Below the pieces are notes generated by a model. The model saw nothing but the letters and a program-made list of their open reading frames with translations, did no database searches and was not told where the DNA came from. A program made the translations under genes and the position numbers. Below are positions 38,474 through 48,350 of a stretch of 64,000 bases of DNA, one piece after another (positions within the stretch are counted from its first letter, which is position 1; each line of letters starts with the position of its first letter). Source of the stretch: an uncultured Verrucomicrobiae bacterium. GTDB lineage: Bacteria > Verrucomicrobiota > Verrucomicrobiia > Chthoniobacterales > Terrimicrobiaceae. The stretch is from assembly GCA_963706955.1 (NCBI GenBank), contig CAVPOC010000008.1, positions 384,001-448,000 on the forward strand, in the 5' to 3' direction.

Positions 38474-40798
38474 CTAGTCGGCGCTGGCACCCGGTTCGAT
38501 CGGATCGGTCGCCGTGTCGAACGAGATCGGCAAAGTCACTTGCGGGGCGTCCTTGAGCGTGAGGATAAAAAGAACGCCGAGGTCCGGTTGGTCCTGACCT
38601 TCGCTTTCACGCACCTGCGCTCCGAGGGAGGCGACCCAACTCGAAAGGTCACGATGGATCATGTAGCGTTGGTATTGCCAGACCTGGGAGAAAAACTCGT
38701 ATTGCTCATAAACGCTGACACCCCAGTGATCGTTGATGCGCAAATATGCATAGAAATCAACCTGGCTATTGTCAGCAAAGAACGTGTTGTTATCGATATA
38801 CTGGTGGCCGACACGAAAGGTGAAGTTCCGGGTGGGCATGAAATTGAACCCCGTGTTGAACTCGTAAAACCCCTCGTCGACGATCGGAAGCTGAGAGGCG
38901 ACCGTCAACGTAAACCATGGCACCGGACGCAGAGTGTAAATGCTAAAGAGATTGGAGACGTCGGCGTCCGAGTACGGGTTATCGAAGTTGACGTCCATGA
39001 AAGTGTCCAGCGTCATCCACTGAAGCGTGCCCTGATCTCGTCGGGTTTGCAGACGATTGCGGACGCCAAGACGCAAAATGTTCCACGTGTCGATGGTATC
39101 AATGGCAGTAAACTGGGGAAAGCTTATCGGCAGCAACTCGGTGGAGGGCACCACGCGGTCGAACTGAAGAATCTCCTGCGGAGAGGCCCCAAAATTCTCT
39201 ACCAGCGAATAGTTAACGTACGGCTGAATCACATGGCGAAGTCCATCCAGGCCAAGCCACCGGGACTGAACACGCTCATAGGCTTTGGACATCTTGGTCG
39301 ATACCTCGACGCCGAAATTCACGACCGGCCGGAAACGCCCACCACTGGTCACCAGATCAGGCGTGGGAGCATTGAGCGGCGTGCTCTCAATGGAAGGTGT
39401 CGCGATAACCTGCGGAAGTCCGGTGACCGGATCGATTTCAGTGGTCTCTCCTCCAAAGCTTTGGAAAGTGCCGCTGCGGTTGTAATAGGTCGCGCGAAAG
39501 CCCACGCGCGGCGTGATGTTGAGCCAACCGAAGAACTGGGCTGGATAGGAAAGCTGGTGAAAAGTATCGAACCGAAGGGCGTTATAGTCAGGAAAATCGA
39601 AGATGTCGAATTCGGGACCTACGGGAAAGGCGCGCCGATATTCCCCGACGCTAGACTCGCCGTCGTAATAGACAGGCCACCCAAAGAGACGGTGCTGCTT
39701 AAAGTCGAAAACCAATTCCGGCAGACGCTCGGTAGTCTCCTGAAAATCGTTGATCTGCCAGCGCGCCCAAAGGTTGAGGGTGTAAAACTCGTCCCATTTC
39801 GTTAAGGCGAGGAAATTATCCGGTTGGGGATCAACCCGGAACTCTCCCGGGAAATAATCCTCCAAAAAATCAACATCGCTCAGCAGGTTTAGGTCAGCGG
39901 TCGCATAGATATCATCGGTGAGGAATAGCCGGTGCTTGAAAGTGACGCGGTAGCGGCCCTCCTCTCCTGGTTCGACCGGTTCGCCTGGACCGCTCAATTG
40001 TTGGTCGGGCTGCGTGTCGAAAGCGTAGTAGGAAATAAAATCGCCGTAGCTTCGATCGTTCTTTCCGTATTTAAATCTGGTGTCGAATCCCACTGCCGCG
40101 CCGAGCTCGGTGCGTAAATCGAGATGCACCTTTCCGATCATGCTATCGCCGCTCCCGATCGGGAAGCTATAGGCGGTCAGCAAATAGGCGCCCCACGGCG
40201 AGTAAAACCCCGGGAGAAATTCGAAACCGGTATTGTTAATATTAGCAAAAATATAAGGAAACCAGAAGATCGGCGTTTGACCGATGTAAATGGTCGAATT
40301 GGAAAAGATGACCCTGCTATCCGGATAGATGCGCACGCTTTTGGACCTGACATGGAAGTCAGGTTTGGAGGAGTCATCGGTCGTAAAGAGGGCATCGCGC
40401 ACGCGGAACTCGCGCGTCGAAGGCGCCCGCAGACTGAAGGCATGGAAAAACAGTGGAAAATGCGCTCCGGAAAACTCGAGCGCTCGCATCTGCTTTGTTT
40501 CCAGATTAAAGAGGGCTCGCTGGCCGGTGAGGACCTCCTTGGGAGTGTAAAGGCGAATATTGCCAATGAGAAGCACATCACGGGTGTCGGGATTGTACTC
40601 CGCGTAGTCGCAATAGATGCTGTAGTCGCCGTAATGGATCTGGACATTGTCTTCAGCGATAGCCACCCCACCCTCGAAGCGAGTAGCTCCATCCGCGGTG
40701 ATTGAGACGGGAACATCCCCAAAGCTTCCGAATTGGGCCACGGCGCCGACCATTGCGGCCAACCAGGCGAGTCCAAGCAGCAAAAGAGTCCTTCTCAT
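38474..40798 (-). CDS. lptD: LPS-assembly protein LptD
   Basis: Signal peptide, OstA-like N-terminus (SITAD..., FTTDD..KPDF), TERLPE, LRHVIQP; aromatic beta-barrel C-terminus. Confidence 0.85.
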   Translation of the reverse strand: MRRTLLLLGLAWLAAMVGAVAQFGSFGDVPVSITADGATRFEGGVAIAEDNVQIHYGDYSIYCDYAEYNPDTRDVLLIGNIRLYTPKEVLTGQRALFNLETKQMRALEFSGAHFPLFFHAFSLRAPSTREFRVRDALFTTDDSSKPDFHVRSKSVRIYPDSRVIFSNSTIYIGQTPIFWFPYIFANINNTGFEFLPGFYSPWGAYLLTAYSFPIGSGDSMIGKVHLDLRTELGAAVGFDTRFKYGKNDRSYGDFISYYAFDTQPDQQLSGPGEPVEPGEEGRYRVTFKHRLFLTDDIYATADLNLLSDVDFLEDYFPGEFRVDPQPDNFLALTKWDEFYTLNLWARWQINDFQETTERLPELVFDFKQHRLFGWPVYYDGESSVGEYRRAFPVGPEFDIFDFPDYNALRFDTFHQLSYPAQFFGWLNITPRVGFRATYYNRSGTFQSFGGETTEIDPVTGLPQVIATPSIESTPLNAPTPDLVTSGGRFRPVVNFGVEVSTKMSKAYERVQSRWLGLDGLRHVIQPYVNYSLVENFGASPQEILQFDRVVPSTELLPISFPQFTAIDTIDTWNILRLGVRNRLQTRRDQGTLQWMTLDTFMDVNFDNPYSDADVSNLFSIYTLRPVPWFTLTVASQLPIVDEGFYEFNTGFNFMPTRNFTFRVGHQYIDNNTFFADNSQVDFYAYLRINDHWGVSVYEQYEFFSQVWQYQRYMIHRDLSSWVASLGAQVRESEGQDQPDLGVLFILTLKDAPQVTLPISFDTATDPIEPGASAD

Positions 40799-40960
40799 CC
40801 GATCACCGGAGGCTATTTTGCCGACTCTCGCTGGCAAGAGAAAAACGTCTTATTCCTCCGACCATTTCGAAACCCGTTAAAAGCATGATTTTCAACGCAC
40901 CGGGGCGACCGGCGCAGTCGAAATCCGACCCGGGGCATGTGGGCGCCGAAGGACATCACT

Positions 40961-41401
40961 CTAATGCCTTTCACTGAGAAATACCACGGCAACTCCACCG
41001 AGGATCAACGCCCCGCCGACAAGGGTCTGCCAGGTGAATTGTATGTCGCGAAAAAACAGCCACGCGAATATCGCAACGAAGAATGGATACGAGATTTCGA
41101 TCAGAGAGGCGAGGGTGGCGTTCTTTTCTCCGATCGCGATGTAGATGAGAAGCCCGCCGGCCACTGAAGATATGATCGCTACCAGAAGCCAGATCCAATC
41201 GTGTTCCAGCGAGCGAAACTCGGAAACCAGCGCTCCCGCCTTTCCACTAACCACCAGAGCCGCGGCGGCTGCCGCAGCTCCAAAAAAAGTGTACAAGAAG
41301 AAAAAAACCAGCGGCGTCATCCCGCGCTCAATCACTCTGCCGCTGGCGGCGTAGCTGATACCCCAAATGATAGCCGCGGCGAGAGCATAGACGATCCACA
41401 T
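40961..41401 (-). CDS. EamA/DMT family small membrane transporter
   Basis: MWIVYALAAAIIWG, ASLIEISYPFF, GGALILGGV. Confidence 0.8.
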   Translation of the reverse strand: MWIVYALAAAIIWGISYAASGRVIERGMTPLVFFFLYTFFGAAAAAAALVVSGKAGALVSEFRSLEHDWIWLLVAIISSVAGGLLIYIAIGEKNATLASLIEISYPFFVAIFAWLFFRDIQFTWQTLVGGALILGGVAVVFLSERH

Positions 41402-41526
41402 GAGCCGGATTAAACCGCGTATCTGCCAAACCAAAATGCAAAATAGCACCAATTCCTTGGAAACGAGACCGGCGGCGCTGCTTTTCGTCCCGCCGTGAAA
41501 ACGAATCGTTTGCCGCCAACTCCCGT

Positions 41527-42330
41527 TTAGCCACCGACTGACTCGTATCGGCGCAAACCAGCCCGCCACATCAGTCGAGCGCCGGCAAAGGCCGCCGCCA
41601 CCCAAGCAGCCTGCACGAGCAGCCCGCCCCAAAGTTCAAACCCGCGCACCTTTTCCAACAAAATGGCCACTGGAAAATAGAGCTCGTAAGTAAAGGGCAG
41701 AAACTTGAGCACGTTTCGCAGCCAGTCCGGCATGACGTCGAGCGGGAAAAGGCGGCCGCTCAGGTAATATTCAAACGAGTAGAGAATGAAAACGACGGTG
41801 GAAATCTCGAGGATCCAAAACGCCAGCATGGCCAAGGCATAGGCAATGAGGAACTGCAGCGCCGCCGCCATCACCAACGAGACGGCGAACAGTGGCCAAG
41901 TCAGGGGATCCCGTGGCAGCACGATGAATTCGTGGAACCAGGCAAAGACTCCGATGACGGGACCGATGGTCACCGCCGTATAGAGCAGCCTGGCACTGAG
42001 AAAAAGACTTGCACGATAGGCGAGGTGATCAACCGGTTTGGAAAGAAAATTGTTGATTTGGCCTTCGCGAATCTCGGCCGCAATTTGCCACTCATCATCT
42101 GTCGGGGTCACCAGGTTGTCGACGAGGAGAACGACCATGAAGTAGTAGACTATCTGGCCGAAATCGTAGCCTCGTATGTCTGCTCCTCGGGACTCGAAGA
42201 GGGCTCGCCAAATAAAAACGGTTCCAGCCAGCGGAATGATGCCAAAGAGCGATCGAAGTAAAAAATTCCATCGGTAAACGAAGGTGTTCTGCAAACCCGT
42301 GGTGAACACGCTCCAATACTTGATGATCAT
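41527..42330 (-). CDS. ABC-2 type transporter permease (DUF990-like)
   Basis: YRWNF, IREGQINNFLSKP, LSGRLFPLD, GLRRYESVGG. Confidence 0.85.
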   Translation of the reverse strand: MIIKYWSVFTTGLQNTFVYRWNFLLRSLFGIIPLAGTVFIWRALFESRGADIRGYDFGQIVYYFMVVLLVDNLVTPTDDEWQIAAEIREGQINNFLSKPVDHLAYRASLFLSARLLYTAVTIGPVIGVFAWFHEFIVLPRDPLTWPLFAVSLVMAAALQFLIAYALAMLAFWILEISTVVFILYSFEYYLSGRLFPLDVMPDWLRNVLKFLPFTYELYFPVAILLEKVRGFELWGGLLVQAAWVAAAFAGARLMWRAGLRRYESVGG

Positions 42331-42431
42331 TCAGACGAGTGAGTGATGGTCCCCGGCTGGGCGCAAGAACTTTCACTCGTCACTTGTCACCAGCCTATCT
42401 TCCCGCCAGCATCGGAGCCTTCTCGCCCTTC

Positions 42432-43955
42432 ATGAGAATACAACGCGCGCTGATATCAGTTTCTGACAAGGCCGGTATCGTTGATTTTGCCCGCGAAGTG
42501 CAGCGCCTGGGCGTTGAAATTCTCTCTACAGGTGGAACGGCCAGTGCATTGCAATCCGAAGGTGTGCACACGACCGGGGTTTCTCAATTCACAGGCTCGC
42601 CTGAGATTCTCGAGGGACGCGTCAAGACATTGCATCCAAAGATTCACGGCGGCCTGCTCTATGTTCGAGGCGACGAGGAGCATGAAAAGCAGGCGGATCA
42701 GCACGGGATAGTTCCCATCGATCTGGTGGTGGTAAATCTTTATCCCTTCGAGGCGACCATCGCCCGCGAGGATGTCACGCTGGCCGAAGCGATTGAGCAG
42801 ATCGACATCGGCGGCCCCTCCTTAGTGCGCAGCGCCGCCAAAAACTATCAATCGGTCACCGTGGTTACTGATCCCGCCGACTACGCGGCGGTTTTGCAAG
42901 ACATGAGCAAGGGAGGAGGTGGCACCAGCCGCGCGTTACGCGAACGGCTCGCCATCAAGGCCTTCACGGTCACGGCCGCCTACGACCGCGCCGTCGCTGG
43001 ATTTCTTAATCGCAAACAGGAAACGTTCGCCGCTTTCCGGCTGGATCTTCCACTGGAGCTTCGCCTCCGCTACGGCGAAAACCCTCACCAACATGCCGAA
43101 CTCTATGGCGACTTCGGCTCCTACTTCGAGAAACTGCAGGGCAAGGAACTCTCGCACAATAACATTCTCGATATCAGTGCGGCCGCGGAACTCATCTCTG
43201 AGTTCTCAAAGCCGACGGCAGCGATCCTCAAACATACCAACCCCTGCGGGGTAGGCTCCGCCCAGGATTTGCGAGACGCTTGGGACAAGGCATTTGCCAC
43301 GGACAAGCAAGCGCCTTTCGGAGGAATCATCATCTGCAATCGTCCAGTCACGCTCGCGCTGGCGAAGGCGATTTCGGAGATTTTCAGTGAAGTGATCATC
43401 GCTCCGGAATTCAACGCCGACGCACGCTCCCTCCTCTCGAAGAAGAAAAATCTCCGGCTGATGAAGATGCTTAAATCGCCGCCGGAGCGTAGTCGTGATG
43501 TGCGCTCGGTGGTGGGAGGCCTTCTTGTTCAAGACGCCGACTCCATCGATGTCGCTGGGCTGGAGCAGAAGGTCGTCACACAGCGGCCGCCGACCAAGGA
43601 CGAGATTGAAGCCATGGAATTCGGATGGAAAGTGGTCAAACACGTCAAATCAAACGCCATCGTCTATTCAGGCCGAGATCGCACCTTAGGTATCGGCGCA
43701 GGCCAGATGTCCCGGGTGGATGCCTCTCGCATCGCCGTCTGGAAGGCTCATGAGGCTGGCCTCTCCCTAAAAGGAAGCGCTGTCTGCAGCGACGCCTTCT
43801 TTCCATTCCCCGACGGACTCATCACTGCCGCGGATGCGGGCGCGACCTGCGTAATTCAGCCTGGCGGCTCGGTTCGAGATGACGAGGTAATTGCGGCCGC
43901 CGATGAACGCGGCCTGGCGATGGCGTTCACCGGCGCGCGTCATTTTAAACACTAG
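42432..43955 (+). CDS. purH: Bifunctional AICAR transformylase / IMP cyclohydrolase
   Basis: RALISVSDK, GRVKTLHP, IDIGGP, RYGENPHQ, SDAFFPF, RHFKH. Confidence 0.97.
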   Translation: MRIQRALISVSDKAGIVDFAREVQRLGVEILSTGGTASALQSEGVHTTGVSQFTGSPEILEGRVKTLHPKIHGGLLYVRGDEEHEKQADQHGIVPIDLVVVNLYPFEATIAREDVTLAEAIEQIDIGGPSLVRSAAKNYQSVTVVTDPADYAAVLQDMSKGGGGTSRALRERLAIKAFTVTAAYDRAVAGFLNRKQETFAAFRLDLPLELRLRYGENPHQHAELYGDFGSYFEKLQGKELSHNNILDISAAAELISEFSKPTAAILKHTNPCGVGSAQDLRDAWDKAFATDKQAPFGGIIICNRPVTLALAKAISEIFSEVIIAPEFNADARSLLSKKKNLRLMKMLKSPPERSRDVRSVVGGLLVQDADSIDVAGLEQKVVTQRPPTKDEIEAMEFGWKVVKHVKSNAIVYSGRDRTLGIGAGQMSRVDASRIAVWKAHEAGLSLKGSAVCSDAFFPFPDGLITAADAGATCVIQPGGSVRDDEVIAAADERGLAMAFTGARHFKH

Positions 43956-43972
43956 CGTGATCCAAAATCGAT

Positions 43973-45640
43973 ATGGGCCACTCCCCCGACGGCTTGGCTC
44001 TTCCTGACAAGCGAAAAACATCCATTTGGCTCGCCCTTAGAAATCCGGTCTTTAAGGGATATTGGCTGGCTGCTCTTGTTTCGGGAACCTGTGTCGCCGC
44101 CCACAACACCGCCGCCTTCTCGGTGCTGGGCCAGGAGAGCAACTCGACCATCCTTATCTCTCTCATGTCAACCCTCTCGTCCCTGCCTTTTGCCTTGTTC
44201 ACCTTGCCAGCAGGGGCGCTGGCCGACATGACGGAGCGCAAAAAAATTCTTTATGGAACGAGCCTATGGCAAGCCTCGGTTGCACTCTGCCTGACCATCC
44301 TCGCGCTGACGGATTCGCTCAGTCCGCATGTTATCCTGGCGAGCGTATTCCTGTTCGGGATTGGATTTGCCTTTGCTTCCCCGGCATCTGCCTCGGTCGA
44401 AGTGGAGATGGTTCCACCCGATCACTTGGCTTCAGCCAACACGCTTGGGGGCTTGCAGATGAACATCGCGGGCATCATCGGTCCTCTCATTGGAGGTTTC
44501 CTCGTGTCCCTTTCAGGACCCGGCAGCGCATTTGCTGCCAACGTTGGAGGCTTCCTAGTGCTGCTCCTGGCGATCTCACGTTGGAAGAGGCCGGCATGTG
44601 AGGCAAAAACTGCGCCCGAGGATTTCTTTGCGACAATCGAGACGGCGCTTCGCTACGTCCGCTACACGCCGGGCATAAGAGTTGTCCTGGCCCGAATCGC
44701 TCTTTTTTCCTTCTTCATCTCCATCATTCCAGCGCTCATGCCGGTGGTCGGCTTAAAGGAATTGCACTTGGATGCATCGGAATTGGGATACCTTTTCACG
44801 GCCATGGCGACCGGATCGGTGGCCGCAGCGGTCTGCGTCATGCCGCTAGCGCGGGCGCGCCTTTCGCCAAATAGGTTGACTCTTTACGCGAACCTCCTGC
44901 TCATCCTTAACTTGTTCTTGATGGCCTTCGTCAACTGGCCGTACGCATTTCTGCTGCTGGCGGCCCTCGGTGGCGCAGGCTGGACGCTGTCGGCCACCGA
45001 GCTATGGATCGCCGCGCAACGCGCCATGCCGGACTGGGCTCGGGGACGCTTGAATGCGACCATAGTCATGTGTTCACAGGCGGCGACAGCTTTGGGTGGC
45101 GTGATTTGGGGATCGGCAGCCGCGACGGCGGGGGTGGTGCCTACTTTTCTTGGCGCCGGCCTTCTCGCCATGGTCACTCTGGTAGTCGTCCATTTCGCGG
45201 TGCAAAAGCGACTCTCCATCGACTTCGCGGCCGACCTCAATTTGCAGCCGGCCGCTGTCACGATTTTTTCCCACGACCTGGACCCGATGCGGCTATCACA
45301 GGCGGAAGAGAACCCCGTCTCCATTATCACAGAGTTTGCCATCGATCCGGCAAACCGCGCGCAATGCACTGATTTGATGCGAGAAATCCGGCTTGTTTAT
45401 CTCCGAAATGGCGCCCGCAATTGGCATTTATACGAGGATTGCCGCCGGTCAAACCGCTTCCAAATGGAAGTGGTCGCCTCTTCGTGGAACGACTACCAAC
45501 GACAACACGAACGCTTGACCAGGGATGAAAAGGAACTTTTTGACAAGCTCGCCAGCCTGCGCGTGGACCCCGATTCGCACGCAGAAAGCATCCGTATTTC
45601 GATCAACAAGGAAGTCATCAAAAAGAAATCGGCGTCCTGA
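43973..45640 (+). CDS. MFS transporter (DUF894/MFS_3 type) with C-terminal soluble domain
   Basis: LPAGALAD, multiple TM segments, C-terminal 'RNGARNW.LYED...SWNDY.RQHER'. Confidence 0.85.
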   Translation: MGHSPDGLALPDKRKTSIWLALRNPVFKGYWLAALVSGTCVAAHNTAAFSVLGQESNSTILISLMSTLSSLPFALFTLPAGALADMTERKKILYGTSLWQASVALCLTILALTDSLSPHVILASVFLFGIGFAFASPASASVEVEMVPPDHLASANTLGGLQMNIAGIIGPLIGGFLVSLSGPGSAFAANVGGFLVLLLAISRWKRPACEAKTAPEDFFATIETALRYVRYTPGIRVVLARIALFSFFISIIPALMPVVGLKELHLDASELGYLFTAMATGSVAAAVCVMPLARARLSPNRLTLYANLLLILNLFLMAFVNWPYAFLLLAALGGAGWTLSATELWIAAQRAMPDWARGRLNATIVMCSQAATALGGVIWGSAAATAGVVPTFLGAGLLAMVTLVVVHFAVQKRLSIDFAADLNLQPAAVTIFSHDLDPMRLSQAEENPVSIITEFAIDPANRAQCTDLMREIRLVYLRNGARNWHLYEDCRRSNRFQMEVVASSWNDYQRQHERLTRDEKELFDKLASLRVDPDSHAESIRISINKEVIKKKSAS

Positions 45641-45709
45641 CAGTCAAGGGAGTTTGCCAAACGCGAACTGAGAGTTGAAACTTCCCGGCGGAAGTGGTGT
45701 TTCTTCGAT

Positions 45710-46027
45710 ATGGATAAGGACGACGAGAACGATGCCTTGTGGGAGCTTCTAGGCCAGGCTCGCAGGGTCGAAGCATCTCCCTATTTCGCGCGGCGGGTCG
45801 TTGGAGCGATCCGAAACCAGCAAAAGCCCTCTCGCTTCTCGCTAAGTGTCCTTCTTCGCTGGCTTATCCCCACTGCGGCGCTGGCCGGACTCGTCCTCGG
45901 CTGGTTTGCCTACCAGAATCAGGAGCAGGATGTGTTCGACGCGGACTTCAATCGCACCGCGGATCTCCAGTCGCTCGTGAGTTCGGAGGATAGCTTCCTC
46001 TGGGTCGAGGAAGATTCTGCATTGTAA
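45710..46027 (+). CDS. Small single-TM hypothetical protein (anti-sigma-like)
   Basis: N-terminal 'DALWELLGQA...SPYFARRV', one TM, acidic tail. Confidence 0.6.
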   Translation: MDKDDENDALWELLGQARRVEASPYFARRVVGAIRNQQKPSRFSLSVLLRWLIPTAALAGLVLGWFAYQNQEQDVFDADFNRTADLQSLVSSEDSFLWVEEDSAL

Positions 46028-46046
46028 GCACTTATTTCAAGCCAGC

Positions 46047-46535
46047 TCACGTGGCATTCTGAATCAGGAGCCGCTCGACCACCTTGCGAGCCGGACGAGA
46101 TTTGCGGCGGTAGAGAACTTCTAGACTCTCGTCGGGCGACCCCCATTCCAAAATCTCGATGGTGACCTCCCGGACGCCCCATCGATGCATGGCACGGCTA
46201 TTCGGCTTGAAAAGGTCAATTGTATTTGTGCCAACAATCGCACCTCCGATGTCATCGATGATGTATTCACGACCGGTCTCAACAACTCGAAAGCGTGTCC
46301 CCAAGGGCCAACGCGACCAATCCGCCGCCGCACTGCTGAGCGCGCCCGACTTCAGACGCGTGCCAATGGAATTCGAATTGGCATGCGCACCATTTTCGGC
46401 TGCGCCGTGGGTATAGGCTGTCGTCCGGACCTTTTCAAACCGTTGTCCAATCTGGTTGTCGATGTCAGGGGCGCCAAACAACGAAGCCGCGGCACTCAAT
46501 AACGCTGCCGTGCAAAATAGGGGTCTCGGTTTCAT
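46047..46535 (-). CDS. 3D-domain (MltA-like) exported protein
   Basis: RTTAY, AAADWSRWPLGT, IDDIGGAI, TIDLF. Confidence 0.85.
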   Translation of the reverse strand: MKPRPLFCTAALLSAAASLFGAPDIDNQIGQRFEKVRTTAYTHGAAENGAHANSNSIGTRLKSGALSSAAADWSRWPLGTRFRVVETGREYIIDDIGGAIVGTNTIDLFKPNSRAMHRWGVREVTIEILEWGSPDESLEVLYRRKSRPARKVVERLLIQNAT

Positions 46536-46603
46536 CGGGCCGGAACGATACGCAGCAGCCAGGATTGTGCAAATAGTATTTTTTCTAATAGTGCAACATG
46601 CCC

Positions 46604-47593
46604 TTATTTCTCGAGAAGCTCGATGATCTTCGGGTAAACGATATCGATTCGCTGGTTGGTTTGGTTCGGATCGATAAAGTCGTGTGGAATCTCTTGATCG
46701 GCAGGGAATTGGAATGTCTCAATGCCAGTGGGGCGGAGAGCCCGCCAATTGGCGATAAGTTGCTCGGTAACTGCGTTATTTGCAGCGATATCTGAAGCGG
46801 ATGTTATCGTGAGGATGAGAGGGCATTTCGGTGGAAGGACGCGAGATTGGTCCAACACTGATCGTCCGAGAAACATCGTCTCGCCGATGACCCGGGTGGG
46901 AAATCTCGGGTAGGCATAGGGTGGTCCTGCCAAGTTTTCTCTTTGTCGCGGGTCCCACCAGAAAAACATGTTGGGAAGTCGGAGAAGGAGACGTTCTAGA
47001 GGTAGCAAAACGAAGTCTGGCAAATTGAAAGGAGCAAAAAACGGAGCAAGGAGAACCGCCTTGTGTAAATCTTTGCGATTCTGTGCCATCCAGGCCACCG
47101 TGGCCCCGTTGATCGAGAGGCCGGCGACGATAACGTTTTGGCCAAGACTCCGCGCCAAATCGGCTGCCTGGTTTCCACCTTCCAGCATATTTTCGCCGGT
47201 AAGGCCGCCCCACTCCGTCGCGAGTCGATTTTCCTCCCCATGATAAGGAAGAAGTGGAATGAGAACGTTGTGGCCGCGTTCAAATAGCTGCCGACCAAGT
47301 TCGCTAAACTGCGCCGGGCAATTGGAGAGCCCATGAAGAAGGACAAAGACCCGCTCGGTGGGCCGGCCATGCTCAAGAAGCTGAAGGGTGCAATTGCGTC
47401 GAACAGTCGTCGGCGCAGCAGCGGCCAGCGCTTTGATCGCCTGCACCGCTTCGTCGTAGCCAAGCAACTTCTTCTCGGCTGTATCGTGGAAGAATGGCCT
47501 TCGATTTACCGGGAGAAAGAAGACAGCGGCCAGCGCTCCCAGCCCCAAGACGGAAGCCATCAAGGTCGCTCGACGAAGCCGTCTGCTATTCAT
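46604..47593 (-). CDS. Alpha/beta hydrolase (esterase/lipase-like) with N-terminal anchor
   Basis: LLHGLSN, AGLSING nucleophile elbow, SASD, IPHD. Confidence 0.8.
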   Translation of the reverse strand: MNSRRLRRATLMASVLGLGALAAVFFLPVNRRPFFHDTAEKKLLGYDEAVQAIKALAAAAPTTVRRNCTLQLLEHGRPTERVFVLLHGLSNCPAQFSELGRQLFERGHNVLIPLLPYHGEENRLATEWGGLTGENMLEGGNQAADLARSLGQNVIVAGLSINGATVAWMAQNRKDLHKAVLLAPFFAPFNLPDFVLLPLERLLLRLPNMFFWWDPRQRENLAGPPYAYPRFPTRVIGETMFLGRSVLDQSRVLPPKCPLILTITSASDIAANNAVTEQLIANWRALRPTGIETFQFPADQEIPHDFIDPNQTNQRIDIVYPKIIELLEK

Positions 47594-47637
47594 CGAGCGG
47601 GGAATAGTCTACTTGCCAACACAGGCGCACCAGATCG

Positions 47638-48312
47638 TCATACTCCACGAGCCCGAGGCTCCCAGATAAATTTGTGAATTTGGAGCTGAAATCGTGCAGG
47701 CAACCGATCTGCCAGCATCCAGTCCACGATCTGGCGCGGCTCAATCGAGCCGAAGACGGGGCTCAGGAGCACCGCCTTCACACGCTCGGCCAGCCGGTGA
47801 CTGTTAATCTGGCTGCGTGTCCATTCGTAGTCTTCGCGTGATCCGATGACAAACTTCACCTCGTCGCGTTGGCCTAAACACGCGATATTCGAATAGAGGT
47901 TCTTGTCCACTTCGCCGCTGGCAGGCGTCTTGAGGTCCATAATGCGGTGAACGCGAGGGTCCACCTTGGAGATATCATGAGCACCGCTCGTCTCGATGAG
48001 CACGGTGCGGCCTGCGTCGCACAGCGCGGTCATCAGCGGAAGGACGTTTTTCTGCAGGAGTGGCTCGCCGCCCGTGATTTCTACCAACGAACAGTCGAAC
48101 GCCAGCACCTCCCTGAGAATATCGCCCAAGGTCCTTCGGACTCCCTCGTAAAAGGCATACTCGGTGTCGCAATAGGTGCACCGCAAATCACAGCCGGTAA
48201 GACGCACGAAAACACACGGGAGGCCTGCCCACGTGCTCTCGCCCTGCACAGACAGATAGATCTCGTTGATCTTCAGCCGAAGGTTTTCGTCCACCACAAA
48301 AAGTTGGTGCAT
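47638..48312 (-). CDS. queE: 7-carboxy-7-deazaguanine synthase (radical SAM)
   Basis: SVQGES, RLTGCDLRCTYCDT, ITGGEPL, QIHK. Confidence 0.9.
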   Translation of the reverse strand: MHQLFVVDENLRLKINEIYLSVQGESTWAGLPCVFVRLTGCDLRCTYCDTEYAFYEGVRRTLGDILREVLAFDCSLVEITGGEPLLQKNVLPLMTALCDAGRTVLIETSGAHDISKVDPRVHRIMDLKTPASGEVDKNLYSNIACLGQRDEVKFVIGSREDYEWTRSQINSHRLAERVKAVLLSPVFGSIEPRQIVDWMLADRLPARFQLQIHKFIWEPRARGV

Positions 48313-48350
48313 TCAGGCGTTTAAAGCCAAAACATTTCCAAATGGTGTGG

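Noticed and set aside
42331..42431. ZMP/ZTP riboswitch upstream of purH
   Set aside because: A GACGAGTGA/TCACTCGTC inverted repeat exists (42334-42381), but the GACTGGCG, CGGGGAG and CGCCTGGGC elements are missing
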